In this document: positions 17,279 through 26,507 of the stretch, in pieces
Layout: each line of letters opens with the position of its first letter
Numbering within the stretch: position 1 is the first letter of the stretch
Translations under genes and position numbers: made by a program
Assembly (NCBI GenBank): GCA_910579215.1
Contig: CAJTTN010000006.1
Span: 57,376 to 121,375, forward strand
Source of the DNA: an uncultured Anaeroplasmataceae bacterium
Lineage (GTDB): Bacteria > Bacillota_I > Bacilli_A > Acholeplasmatales > Anaeroplasmataceae
Direction: 5' to 3'
Length of the DNA: 64,000 bases
The notes under the pieces: generated by a model
What the model was told of the DNA's origin: nothing
Database searches by the model: none
Seen by the model: the letters and a program-made list of their open reading frames with translations, nothing else

Positions 17279-20215
17279 ATGAAGGGCTTTTTATATGGTC
17301 AAACAGAATATAATTTATTAAATAATTCTATTCATTTAAAGGATTATATAGAGGCTGCTAAGGCTGCCAATTTTACTTTTCTTTCAATGACTGATAAATA
17401 TATGTATGGTAGCTATAAATTTTATCAGGAGTGTGTGAAAAATAATCTTAGTCCTATTATAGGTATTGAAATCGAATATATGGATGAGGATAGTCTTATC
17501 AGCAAGCTTTTAGCCTATGCTATGAATGAGGAAGGATACAAGAATTTATTGAAAATAAGTTCCTTTCTAGCTATAAATGAAAAACCTTTTGGATTGGATT
17601 TTCTTTCCTCCTACAAATCAGGTTTATCCTTTATAATGGTATTTAATGAGTCCATATTAGAAAGGTATCTGTATTCCAAGGCAACGAATGAACTGAAAAA
17701 TAAACTTATAAGCTTAAATCAAAGTTTTTCCTTTTATGTGGGATATTCCTATACAAATCGTTTGGATCGATTAAATGAGAATCAAAGCATATGCAAAATA
17801 GCTTTGGAGTTAGGTGTAAAAACTATTCCTTTGCATAATTGTCGATATTTGATTGAAGAGGACATTCAGGTTTATGAGGCTTTAACTCAAATAGGTGGAC
17901 ATGCTAAAGAAATTAAGGATTATGAAGATTATAGCTTTGATAATCACCCGTTAATAACAGAAGAGCTTACTAATTTTATTAATCAAATTCACTTGAATTT
18001 GTATCCTAAAAAATTTTATTTGCCCTCTTATCCGAATACAAAAGGAGAAAGTGCCATATCCTATTTAAATGCTTTATGTGCAAAGGGACTATACCGTCGA
18101 TGTCAAGGAAGAGTAAAACCAGAATATCAAAATAGATTAAATTACGAGCTTTCTGTAATTGAAAAAATGGGATTTAGTGATTATTTTTTAATCGTTTGGG
18201 ATTTTATTCGTCATGCGAAAAAAAATAATATTTTGGTGGGTCCTGGTCGTGGTTCTGCGGCAGGCTCCTTAGTATCCTATTGCTTAGGCATCACGGATAT
18301 AGATCCTTTAAAATATGATTTATTGTTTGAAAGGTTTTTAAATCCAGAGCGTATTAGTATGCCAGATATTGATACAGATTTTCCTGATACTTACCGCGAT
18401 GAAATTATTCAATATGTTAACCAATTATATGGAGCTAAGCATGTATGCTACATTTCAGCTTTCAATACATTTCAAATTAAATCCTCTATTCGTGATTTAG
18501 GTAGAATTCAGAAGATTGATACCTCAAGATTAAATGAAATTATTCGTATGGTTGAAGCTAATCCTAATTATGACGAGCTTTTACAGCAATTTATTTCAAG
18601 ACCAGAGCTTTATAAATTTCTCTATATTATTCGTGGATTAGATGGGCTGCCAAGGCATATCTCTACCCATGCTGCTGGTATTATTATTTGTTCTACACCA
18701 CTAGATGACATTATCCCTTTACAGTTAGGCTTGAATCATGTTTATCAATCTCAATTTGAAGCTACAGATTTAGAAAAAATCGGTTTGTTAAAGATGGATT
18801 TTTTAGGAATTCGTAACCTGACTATAATTGATGAAATTCTTAAGAATATTCCAGATTTTACTATGGAAAGACTTAGGGCTATTCCCTTAAATGATAAAAA
18901 TACATTTACATTGTTACAAAAAGCAGATACACTAGGGGTATTTCAATTAGAATCTGAGGGGATTCGTCGTGTATTATTAAATTTAAAACCTGAACGATTT
19001 GATGATATAGTAGCTGTTTTAGCTTTATATCGACCAGGACCGATGGAGAATATTGATGAATTTATTGCAAGGCGACATGGTAAGCCATTTACTTATGAGC
19101 ATCCAGTTTTAGAGCCTATTTTAAAAAGTACTTATGGCATTATAGTTTATCAAGAACAAATTATGCAAATTGCTCAAAGTTTTGCTAATTTTACACTAGG
19201 TCAAGCTGATTTGCTACGAAGAGCAATTTCTAAAAAGGATGAAGCTCAGCTAAAGGCACAAGAAACAGCATTTCTTAATGGAGCTATGAATCGTGGGCAC
19301 TCTTTAGAAACAGCCAAGCAAATCTACAGATATTTCTTAAAATTTAATAACTATGGGTTCAATAAATCTCATGCTGTTGCGTATGGTTTGGTTTCCTATC
19401 AAATGGCCTATTTGAAAGCAAATTACTTTAAAATTTTCATTTCTAAAATATTGAATAATGTCATAGGTGCTACTAAAACTATGGTAAGCTATATTCAATA
19501 TGCTAAGGCACATCATGTTATAACCTATAAGCCGAATATAAATATTTCTACGAATCAATTTGAGGTAACAAAATTAGGGATGTTTATGCCCCTGCAGGCA
19601 ATTCATTCTATAGGAGAATCAACTACTCAAGAAATTGTTAGAGAAAGAAAGAAAAATGGTTTATTTAAAAACATTTCAGATTTAAGGGAACGTACAAATA
19701 TCAATGAATCCATAATGGAAGCATTAATTTATAGTGGAGCCTTAGATGGGTTTGGTATGACGAAAAAGCAAATGATAGAGGCTAAGGATTCATTGAATGA
19801 AATTTTTGCAAGACATTTAGAAGATAAAATTGAAGATGTGACAGAATTTGAGTTTTCCCATCTGCAAAAAATGGAATTACATTATTTGGGCTTTAATTTG
19901 TCTTATGACATATTCATAAATTTAGAGCCTTTACAAAGAAGCTTTCAAGCAGGATATTTAAATCAAAAAACGGGGCGTGCTATTGGCGCTTTTGAGGATT
20001 CTAAGCAAATCATGACAAAAAAGAATGAACCTATGCTTGTTGGTAAATTTAAAGATAGCTTTTCTGTTTTAAATGTTGTAATATTTCCTACGGAATATAA
20101 AAGGCTGCAGTTTGAAATAAAGGAGAATAAATTATATTGTATAGACTATACTATTCGGTTAGATGAAAAGACAAAAAAAGAACAGCTTATTATTAAAAAT
20201 GTGATAGAGTGCTAG
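17279..20215 (+). CDS. dnaE: DNA polymerase III alpha subunit, DnaE type
   Basis: Palm/fingers motifs GPGRGSAAGSLVSYCLGITDIDP, PDIDTDF, KMDFLGIRNLT, ALYRPGP and YGFNKSHAVAYG. The alternative GTG start is at 17270. Confidence 0.93.
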   Translation: MKGFLYGQTEYNLLNNSIHLKDYIEAAKAANFTFLSMTDKYMYGSYKFYQECVKNNLSPIIGIEIEYMDEDSLISKLLAYAMNEEGYKNLLKISSFLAINEKPFGLDFLSSYKSGLSFIMVFNESILERYLYSKATNELKNKLISLNQSFSFYVGYSYTNRLDRLNENQSICKIALELGVKTIPLHNCRYLIEEDIQVYEALTQIGGHAKEIKDYEDYSFDNHPLITEELTNFINQIHLNLYPKKFYLPSYPNTKGESAISYLNALCAKGLYRRCQGRVKPEYQNRLNYELSVIEKMGFSDYFLIVWDFIRHAKKNNILVGPGRGSAAGSLVSYCLGITDIDPLKYDLLFERFLNPERISMPDIDTDFPDTYRDEIIQYVNQLYGAKHVCYISAFNTFQIKSSIRDLGRIQKIDTSRLNEIIRMVEANPNYDELLQQFISRPELYKFLYIIRGLDGLPRHISTHAAGIIICSTPLDDIIPLQLGLNHVYQSQFEATDLEKIGLLKMDFLGIRNLTIIDEILKNIPDFTMERLRAIPLNDKNTFTLLQKADTLGVFQLESEGIRRVLLNLKPERFDDIVAVLALYRPGPMENIDEFIARRHGKPFTYEHPVLEPILKSTYGIIVYQEQIMQIAQSFANFTLGQADLLRRAISKKDEAQLKAQETAFLNGAMNRGHSLETAKQIYRYFLKFNNYGFNKSHAVAYGLVSYQMAYLKANYFKIFISKILNNVIGATKTMVSYIQYAKAHHVITYKPNINISTNQFEVTKLGMFMPLQAIHSIGESTTQEIVRERKKNGLFKNISDLRERTNINESIMEALIYSGALDGFGMTKKQMIEAKDSLNEIFARHLEDKIEDVTEFEFSHLQKMELHYLGFNLSYDIFINLEPLQRSFQAGYLNQKTGRAIGAFEDSKQIMTKKNEPMLVGKFKDSFSVLNVVIFPTEYKRLQFEIKENKLYCIDYTIRLDEKTKKEQLIIKNVIEC

Positions 20216-20245
20216 GCTCTATCATATTTTTAATTAGGTGATAAA

Positions 20246-21334
20246 ATGGAAACTTGCTATGTTTATCGAAAAGAACTTTCTCATGAGGAATTGTTGCACA
20301 TTTATGAAACCAAGCTTCATGAAAATCCTAAATTTTCATATGAATTTGAGGCAAATCATATATCTATTGCACAAGGATTCTGGGTATATCCCATATTTGA
20401 TGCAAGTATTAAAAATTTACAATATCTAACCTTGAGAAATGGGAAACAGCAATCGGGAGTAATTGATATAAATTGTAATATGGTTTCGAGAGACTTTTTA
20501 ATTAGAGAATTATCAACAAAACAATTTACAATGGAAGAACATGCTATTCAAGAGTATGTTATTTTTAACCTGAAGGATGTTGAGGAGTATGAAAAAGAAT
20601 TTATCAATCGTATTCTTGAAAAGGCTAAAAAATCAATTTGCAAAAGACATAATTTAATTTATACCGATAGAGCTAATGATATGGATATTTCTCCTATTAA
20701 GGATTTTAAAATTTTAGATAAGAAATACATGTTAGAAGAAATCTATTGTATAGATTATTTTGAGAAGGGAAAGAAAAAGCCCTGGAAAAGCTTTTATTCT
20801 ACAATCCATGATGATTTCTATAGTTTAGATTATTGTAAATCAAAGGAATTTGAACTCTATTACAAAACCTTTAAAAGACCTGTTGTCTATATTCCTAAGG
20901 ATTACTATGATCTCTATTATGATTTATCTTTTCAGGTATATTTAGAAACTACAGAGGAACTCAAATATATCAAAACCTCTCAACTACTATCCAAGCTTAG
21001 AAAAAATGTAAAATTTAAAGAATATACAAAATATAAGGATTATTTAAATCAATTAATTTTTTATTATCGTAAAAAGGAGTACTTAAGAGAATTTCAAAAT
21101 CCTTTTACAGACTTTAGAGGTGAAATATTTTATTATTATTTGACTTTAAAATATAATTCGTTAAGTGGATATAAATTAGCTGAATTAGTTTCTAGTCATG
21201 TATTAGAGGATAATTATTTAAAATTATTAGAGATTTCTGCTAGACAGGAAAATACGCTAGCTAAAAAAACTCTTTTTGAATACTATTCAGAGCCGTATAG
21301 CTATAGTGATTATCAATTGAGACGCTATTCTTAG
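20246..21334 (+). CDS. Hypothetical protein (362 aa), no recognisable domain
   Basis: Long ORF in the same orientation as its neighbours. It is Tyr/Lys/Glu-rich with no TM segment or signal peptide. The C-terminus has a Sel1/TPR-like flavour (LAKKTLFEYYSEPYSY). Confidence 0.55.
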   Translation: METCYVYRKELSHEELLHIYETKLHENPKFSYEFEANHISIAQGFWVYPIFDASIKNLQYLTLRNGKQQSGVIDINCNMVSRDFLIRELSTKQFTMEEHAIQEYVIFNLKDVEEYEKEFINRILEKAKKSICKRHNLIYTDRANDMDISPIKDFKILDKKYMLEEIYCIDYFEKGKKKPWKSFYSTIHDDFYSLDYCKSKEFELYYKTFKRPVVYIPKDYYDLYYDLSFQVYLETTEELKYIKTSQLLSKLRKNVKFKEYTKYKDYLNQLIFYYRKKEYLREFQNPFTDFRGEIFYYYLTLKYNSLSGYKLAELVSSHVLEDNYLKLLEISARQENTLAKKTLFEYYSEPYSYSDYQLRRYS

Positions 21335-21362
21335 GTATTGCATATATTAAAATGGTGGTTCT

Positions 21363-21578
21363 ATGAAAATTACATATTTTATTTTTTGTCTAATTTGCTT
21401 ATTTCTTTTTATTTTTATAAATATGTTTCATCCATATTTTGTAATTCAGCGTATGCAAAGAAAAGTTTTACGGAAAGAATATCAATATAAGTGTATAATC
21501 CTTTTACCGAGTTTTATATTATTTTTCATGCTAGAGTGCCTGTTTATTTTTTTACTTATTTTAGAATTTTTTAAATAA
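21363..21578 (+). CDS. Small hypothetical membrane protein (71 aa, 2 TM)
   Basis: Two hydrophobic helices (ITYFIFCLICLFLFIFI; IILLPSFILFFMLECLFIFLLIL) are separated by a basic loop. Confidence 0.4.
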   Translation: MKITYFIFCLICLFLFIFINMFHPYFVIQRMQRKVLRKEYQYKCIILLPSFILFFMLECLFIFLLILEFFK

Positions 21579-21717
21579 GGTGAAAGAAAAAAAGAAGAAG
21601 GTAGAAAAAATAATTTTTTGTAATACGCTTTCTAATAATTTTATTTGAAATAAAAGCATAATAATGATATAATGAAGTGTAAAAAAAATAGCTTTATTTT
21701 TGGAGGAATAATTAAAT

Positions 21718-22908
21718 ATGGCTAAAAAAATTGTATCAGATTTAAATGTAAAAGGAAAAAAAGTTTTAATTCGTGTGGATTTTAATGTTCCAATGAAGGA
21801 TGGAGTAATCACAGATGACACACGTATCCGTGCAGCTTTACCAACGATTGAATATGTAGTAAATCATGGCGGTAAGGCAATTGTTTTCTCTCATTTGGGA
21901 CGCGTTAAAGAAGAAACTGATTTAGCAAAAAATGATTTGACCGTAGTAGCAAAAAGATTAGAAAGCTTATTAAACAAGCCTGTGAATTTTGTAAATGCGA
22001 CTCGTGGAAAAGCCTTAGAGGATGCAGCTTCTAAGCTTGGTGAGGGTGAAATATTAATGTTCCAAAACACCAGATATGAGGATTTAGATGGCAAGAAGGA
22101 ATCTAAAAATGACCCTGAGCTAGGGAAATATTGGGCTTCTTTAGGTGATGTATTTGTTAATGATGCGTTTGGTACTGCTCATCGTGCTGCTGCATCAAAT
22201 GTTGGTATTGCAGCAAATGTAAGTGAGACTGCAGCCGGCTTCCTTCTTGAAAAGGAAATTAAATATATTGGCGGTGCTGTTGATGAACCTGTTCGTCCTT
22301 ACATTGCTATTTTGGGTGGTGCAAAGGTTTCTGATAAGATTGGTGTTATTGAAGCACTTTGTGAGAAAGCCGATAAGATTTTAATAGGTGGTGCTATGAT
22401 GTTCACCTTCTTAAAGGCTTTAGGAAAAAATATTGGTGCCTCTAAATGTGAAGAGGATAAGCTTGATCTAGCTAAGGAGCTTTTAGCAAAGGCTGGATCT
22501 AAATTGGTATTGCCAGTAGATACTGTATGTGCTAAGGAATTTGCAGATGTACCTGGAACTGTGAAGTCTGTTGATGCGTTAGCTGCAGATGACATGGGCT
22601 TAGATATCGGACCTAAAACATTAGAGCTATTTGCTTCTGTATTAGCTGGTGCTAAAACGGTAGTATGGAATGGACCAATGGGCGTATTTGAAATGAAGAA
22701 TTATGCTGCAGGAACCATAGGAGTTTGTGAATTACTTGCGAATCTTGAGGGTGCTAATACAATCATTGGTGGTGGAGATTCTGCTGCAGCAGCTGAAAGT
22801 CTAGGCTATGCAGATAAGATGTCACATATATCAACTGGTGGTGGTGCTTCTTTAGAATATTTAGAGGGAAAGGTATTACCAGGAATTGCTTGTGTTGATG
22901 AATTATAA
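21718..22908 (+). CDS. pgk: Phosphoglycerate kinase
   Basis: [24 protein letters not shown] and GGGDSAAA motifs. RBS ggagg upstream. Confidence 0.97.
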   Translation: MAKKIVSDLNVKGKKVLIRVDFNVPMKDGVITDDTRIRAALPTIEYVVNHGGKAIVFSHLGRVKEETDLAKNDLTVVAKRLESLLNKPVNFVNATRGKALEDAASKLGEGEILMFQNTRYEDLDGKKESKNDPELGKYWASLGDVFVNDAFGTAHRAAASNVGIAANVSETAAGFLLEKEIKYIGGAVDEPVRPYIAILGGAKVSDKIGVIEALCEKADKILIGGAMMFTFLKALGKNIGASKCEEDKLDLAKELLAKAGSKLVLPVDTVCAKEFADVPGTVKSVDALAADDMGLDIGPKTLELFASVLAGAKTVVWNGPMGVFEMKNYAAGTIGVCELLANLEGANTIIGGGDSAAAAESLGYADKMSHISTGGGASLEYLEGKVLPGIACVDEL

Positions 22909-22929
22909 AAAATAAGGAGAAATGGAAAA

Positions 22930-23178
22930 ATGCAAAAACAAATTGTAGTAAAAAGCACGGTAGGTTTACATGCGAGCTTGGCTGCGAAGGTGGTTCAGGC
23001 AGCATCTAAATATTCTGTAGATATTAATTTACATTATCATAATAAGGTAATAGATGTAAAATCAATATTGGGATTGATGTCTTTGGCTATACCTAGAGGA
23101 GAAAATGTTGTAATTGAGGCTACAGGGGATCAGGCTGAGGCTGCAATTCATGATATTGCATCTATCCTTGAAAAATAA
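22930..23178 (+). CDS. HPr-family phosphocarrier-like protein (atypical active-site loop)
   Basis: 82 aa. VGLHASLAAKVVQAASKY corresponds to HPr GIHARPA...ASKY, and KSILGLMSL corresponds to the Ser46 region KSIMGVMSL. Confidence 0.8.
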   Translation: MQKQIVVKSTVGLHASLAAKVVQAASKYSVDINLHYHNKVIDVKSILGLMSLAIPRGENVVIEATGDQAEAAIHDIASILEK

Positions 23179-23199
23179 TAGATTTAGAGGAAATAAGTT

Positions 23200-23955
23200 A
23201 TGAGAAAACCCGTAATGGCTGGAAATTGGAAGATGAATAAAACGCGTGACGAGGCTTTAGAATTCATTTATGCCGTAAGTGATAAGTTGCCAAGTCAGAA
23301 GCAATTAGATTCTATCATATGTGCTCCAGCAGTCATTTTAAGAGATTTAGTTAAAAGAAAGGGAGATTCATTAAAAATAGGCGCTCAAAATGTTCATTTT
23401 GCAGAAAGTGGTGCCTATACTGGTGAAATTTCACCTGCTATGCTTACAACTACAGGTGTAGAATATGTAATTATAGGACATAGTGAAAGAAGGGCCTATT
23501 TCAATGAAACAGATGAAACTGTAAATTTGAAAATAAAGGCAGCTTTAGCTAATGATTTAAAGCCTATTGTTTGTTGTGGAGAATCCTTAGAGGAAAGAGA
23601 AAGTGGTCAAACACATGAGGTGTTGAAAAGACAAATCTCTAAAGCCTTAGAAGAAATTTCTAGCGAAAGCTTAAGTAATGTTATCATTGCTTATGAGCCA
23701 ATTTGGGCGATTGGAACAGGAAAGGTTGCATCTGATGAAATGGCTGATGAAGCTTGTGGCTATATTCGTTCCTTGATTGCTTCCTTATATTGTGCAGCAT
23801 GTGCAGAAGAAATACGTATCCTTTATGGAGGGTCTGTATCTACAAAAACAGTAAGTGGTCTTATGGCACAGCCAAATATTGATGGTGGCTTGGTTGGTGG
23901 AGCTTCTCTTAAGGCAGATAGCTTTATAGAGCTTTGTGCAAAAGCAGCTGAATAA
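23200..23955 (+). CDS. tpiA: Triosephosphate isomerase
   Basis: AGNWKMN, IIGHSERR, AYEPIWAIGTG and YGGSV motifs. Confidence 0.97.
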   Translation: MRKPVMAGNWKMNKTRDEALEFIYAVSDKLPSQKQLDSIICAPAVILRDLVKRKGDSLKIGAQNVHFAESGAYTGEISPAMLTTTGVEYVIIGHSERRAYFNETDETVNLKIKAALANDLKPIVCCGESLEERESGQTHEVLKRQISKALEEISSESLSNVIIAYEPIWAIGTGKVASDEMADEACGYIRSLIASLYCAACAEEIRILYGGSVSTKTVSGLMAQPNIDGGLVGGASLKADSFIELCAKAAE

Positions 23956-24049
23956 AAATATAAGTCTAGTGTAGAAATGCACTAGATTTTTTTTATTGAT
24001 TTTACTTAGAAATTTGCTATAATAAAAATAAGAAAGTAGGGAAATAATT

Positions 24050-26374
24050 ATGAAAAAAATAGGCATCCTTTGGATGATTTTTATGGGATTATTTTTTGTT
24101 GGCTGTACACAAAAAGGCTTTACTGTTCAATTTGAGACGAATGGTCATGGCACCTTAGTTCAACCTTTAGAGGAAGTAGTAGAGTTACCTGCTGATTTGC
24201 CTACATTAACCGAGGAAGGCTGGAATTTTGAAGGCTGGTTTTGGGATAATAATACCTTCCAAAATTCTGCTAAGCCAAATCAAAGGATAAATGCAAATAC
24301 AATAGTATATGCAAAGTGGGTAGAGGATATAAAAACCTATACGGTTACTTATGTTACGAATGGTCATGGAATAGCACCTACGATCTTAAGTGAAGTAACA
24401 GCATTGCCAGATCAATTACCAGTATTAGAAGAAACTGGTTGGAGCTTCGGTGGTTGGTTTATGGATAATGGTTCCTTTCAAAAGGAAGCTTCAGCTAATC
24501 AAATACTATCTCAGGATATAACTTTGTATGCCAAATGGACGCAAAGGACTTATACTATAAGTTTTGTAAATAATGGACATGGAGAAAATTTAGAAAGCTT
24601 AAAGGATGTAACTGCTGTTCCAGAGGAATTACCCGTTTTAACGGAAGAGGGTTGGAGCTTTGAGGGTTGGTATTTAGATAATGAATCTTTTCTTAAGCCT
24701 GTAGAATTACAACAAAAGCTAACTGGGGATTTAAAGCTATATGCCAAATGGAGCTGGGTAGATCCAGACTCTACGTTAGAGGGATATGATTCTATTAAAA
24801 TTTTAGATGCAAAAATAAAGAAAAATCTTTCTGTGGATGGGTATGCTCAATTTGGAATTGAGGATTTTAAGCAATATTTAAATACAGATGCTTATAGAGT
24901 AGTGTCTACACCATTAGAGTTTTTACAAGCTCTTTCTGATGCTAAATATGATTATACAAATACATGGGATGAGGAAACAAAGACAGTTACTCAAAGCTTA
25001 AATAAAGCAGGAAGTGTTCATGTAATTGAAATAGCGAATGATTTGAATCTGGGCTATTTTAAATTAGGAGCTTCAGAAAAGGCAACAAATCTAGTTACCG
25101 ACTTTGCGAGCAATATGAATAAATTGAGTTCCTCACTTTGTATGTCAGACATGCTAAAGGAGAATGGAATTTCTCAAATAAAGATTGAAAATACATCAAA
25201 TCTTTTAATTTATTCTAAACATGGTGCTAAATTAACGCATTGTGGCTTTAAACTAACAAGTGATACAAATGTAATCTTTAGAAATTTAGAATTTGATGAG
25301 CTATGGCAGTGGGAGGATGCATTTGTGAATACTGCATCCAAAATTGGAGATTATGATTGGTTTGGTTGGGCATATTTTAAAATTTCCTTTTGTGGATTTA
25401 TTTGGATTGATCATTGTACCTTTGGAAAATCCTATGATGGTCAGATTGATTATGCCAATCCCGTATATAATGCAAATGCAGGAACTGCATTTCGTGCACC
25501 ATATGGAGGGAATGGAGAAAATGGTCTTCATATTTCATGGTGTAAGTTCAATGCAGGAAGTGATGATTCTTCTGGTTATCTTTACAAGATGATGGAGCAA
25601 ATAGAAAAAGAGTATCAGGAGGGAAAAAAGAATTATTTGTATTATAATGCTTTAAGGGATGCGAATATCAGCTTTGAGGACATTTTATATGGGTTAGCAA
25701 TTCCTCAGAAAAAAGGATTCCTTTGTGGGGATGATGCTAAGTTCTCTGGCTCCTATGAAACGGCTGATGATTATAATTTTAATTTGAGACTTAAAGTTTC
25801 CTTTGCGAACTGTATTTTTAAAAATTTAGAGGATCGACTTCCTAAGCTTAGAGGAGGAAACGCCTATCTTTATAATTGCTTAGTTGATAGCTCAGAATAT
25901 TATGGATATAGAACTAAGCTATTAAATGCTAATGCTAGAGGCATTGTAACAAGGGTAAATAGTGGTTGGAAATGTGCTCTTGTTAGTCAGGGTATTGTCT
26001 GTGGAAATGGTGGAAGTGTACAAGCAGAAAATACAATTTTCCGTGGTATTGATACCTTAATTAAGCACAATGATACGAAGAATGTTTCACCCTATGTGGA
26101 TGGTGGCTTTAGAATAAAGAATTGTAGTTATCAAAGAACAAATAATTCTATTGTATATGTTGGTTCATCAGATGATCCAGGTACAGCTTTTATTTCAAGT
26201 ATTCCTTCAAAATTAAACACAGCCAATTTTTCTTGGAAAACAGAGGATGAGTTGCCTCCATATGAGGTTCAATGCTTTGAATTAAATGAATTAGAAGCAA
26301 TTTTAAATCATTCTATCTATGGTTGTGGAACAACAATAGCATTACAACAGATGCTTTTAAAAAAACAATATTAA
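24050..26374 (+). CDS. Lipoprotein pectate lyase (PL1-like) with three N-terminal Listeria-Bacteroides (Flg_new) repeats
   Basis: Lipobox LFFVGC at residues 14-19. Three copies of a 67 aa repeat end in YAKW. The catalytic-domain motifs FIWIDHCTFGKSYDGQIDY and RLPKLRGGNAYLYNC match the vWIDH...DG..D and R.P..R.G..H..NN blocks of pectate lyases. Confidence 0.8.
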   Translation: MKKIGILWMIFMGLFFVGCTQKGFTVQFETNGHGTLVQPLEEVVELPADLPTLTEEGWNFEGWFWDNNTFQNSAKPNQRINANTIVYAKWVEDIKTYTVTYVTNGHGIAPTILSEVTALPDQLPVLEETGWSFGGWFMDNGSFQKEASANQILSQDITLYAKWTQRTYTISFVNNGHGENLESLKDVTAVPEELPVLTEEGWSFEGWYLDNESFLKPVELQQKLTGDLKLYAKWSWVDPDSTLEGYDSIKILDAKIKKNLSVDGYAQFGIEDFKQYLNTDAYRVVSTPLEFLQALSDAKYDYTNTWDEETKTVTQSLNKAGSVHVIEIANDLNLGYFKLGASEKATNLVTDFASNMNKLSSSLCMSDMLKENGISQIKIENTSNLLIYSKHGAKLTHCGFKLTSDTNVIFRNLEFDELWQWEDAFVNTASKIGDYDWFGWAYFKISFCGFIWIDHCTFGKSYDGQIDYANPVYNANAGTAFRAPYGGNGENGLHISWCKFNAGSDDSSGYLYKMMEQIEKEYQEGKKNYLYYNALRDANISFEDILYGLAIPQKKGFLCGDDAKFSGSYETADDYNFNLRLKVSFANCIFKNLEDRLPKLRGGNAYLYNCLVDSSEYYGYRTKLLNANARGIVTRVNSGWKCALVSQGIVCGNGGSVQAENTIFRGIDTLIKHNDTKNVSPYVDGGFRIKNCSYQRTNNSIVYVGSSDDPGTAFISSIPSKLNTANFSWKTEDELPPYEVQCFELNELEAILNHSIYGCGTTIALQQMLLKKQY
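24119..24751 (+). repeat. Three tandem 67-codon coding repeats (Flg_new / InlB B-repeat type)
   Basis: The repeats are FTVQFETNGHG...IVYAKW, YTVTYVTNGHG...ITLYAKW and YTISFVNNGHG...LKLYAKW. The shared core is LP..LP.L.E.GW.F.GW. Confidence 0.85.
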
Positions 26375-26380
26375 AATAGA

Positions 26381-26428
26381 AGCAAATCTTTTACTTGTAT
26401 TGTAGAGGATTTGCTTTTTCTTTTTTTT
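26381..26428 (+). terminator. Rho-independent terminator of the pectate lyase gene
   Basis: Stem agcaaatc / gatttgct with a 19-nt loop, followed by tttttctttttttt. Confidence 0.6.
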
Positions 26429-26507
26429 AAAATAACAAAATAAAATTTAAATGAAACATAAATAATGTTACATTTTTGGTTAGAATATAAGTGAAGGAGC
26501 TGGAATT

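Noticed and set aside
21561-21821. Minus-strand ORF overlapping the pgk promoter and start.
   Set aside because: It overlaps the pgk RBS and start and the preceding small ORF, has a Phe/Ile/Lys-rich product and no RBS. It was judged spurious.
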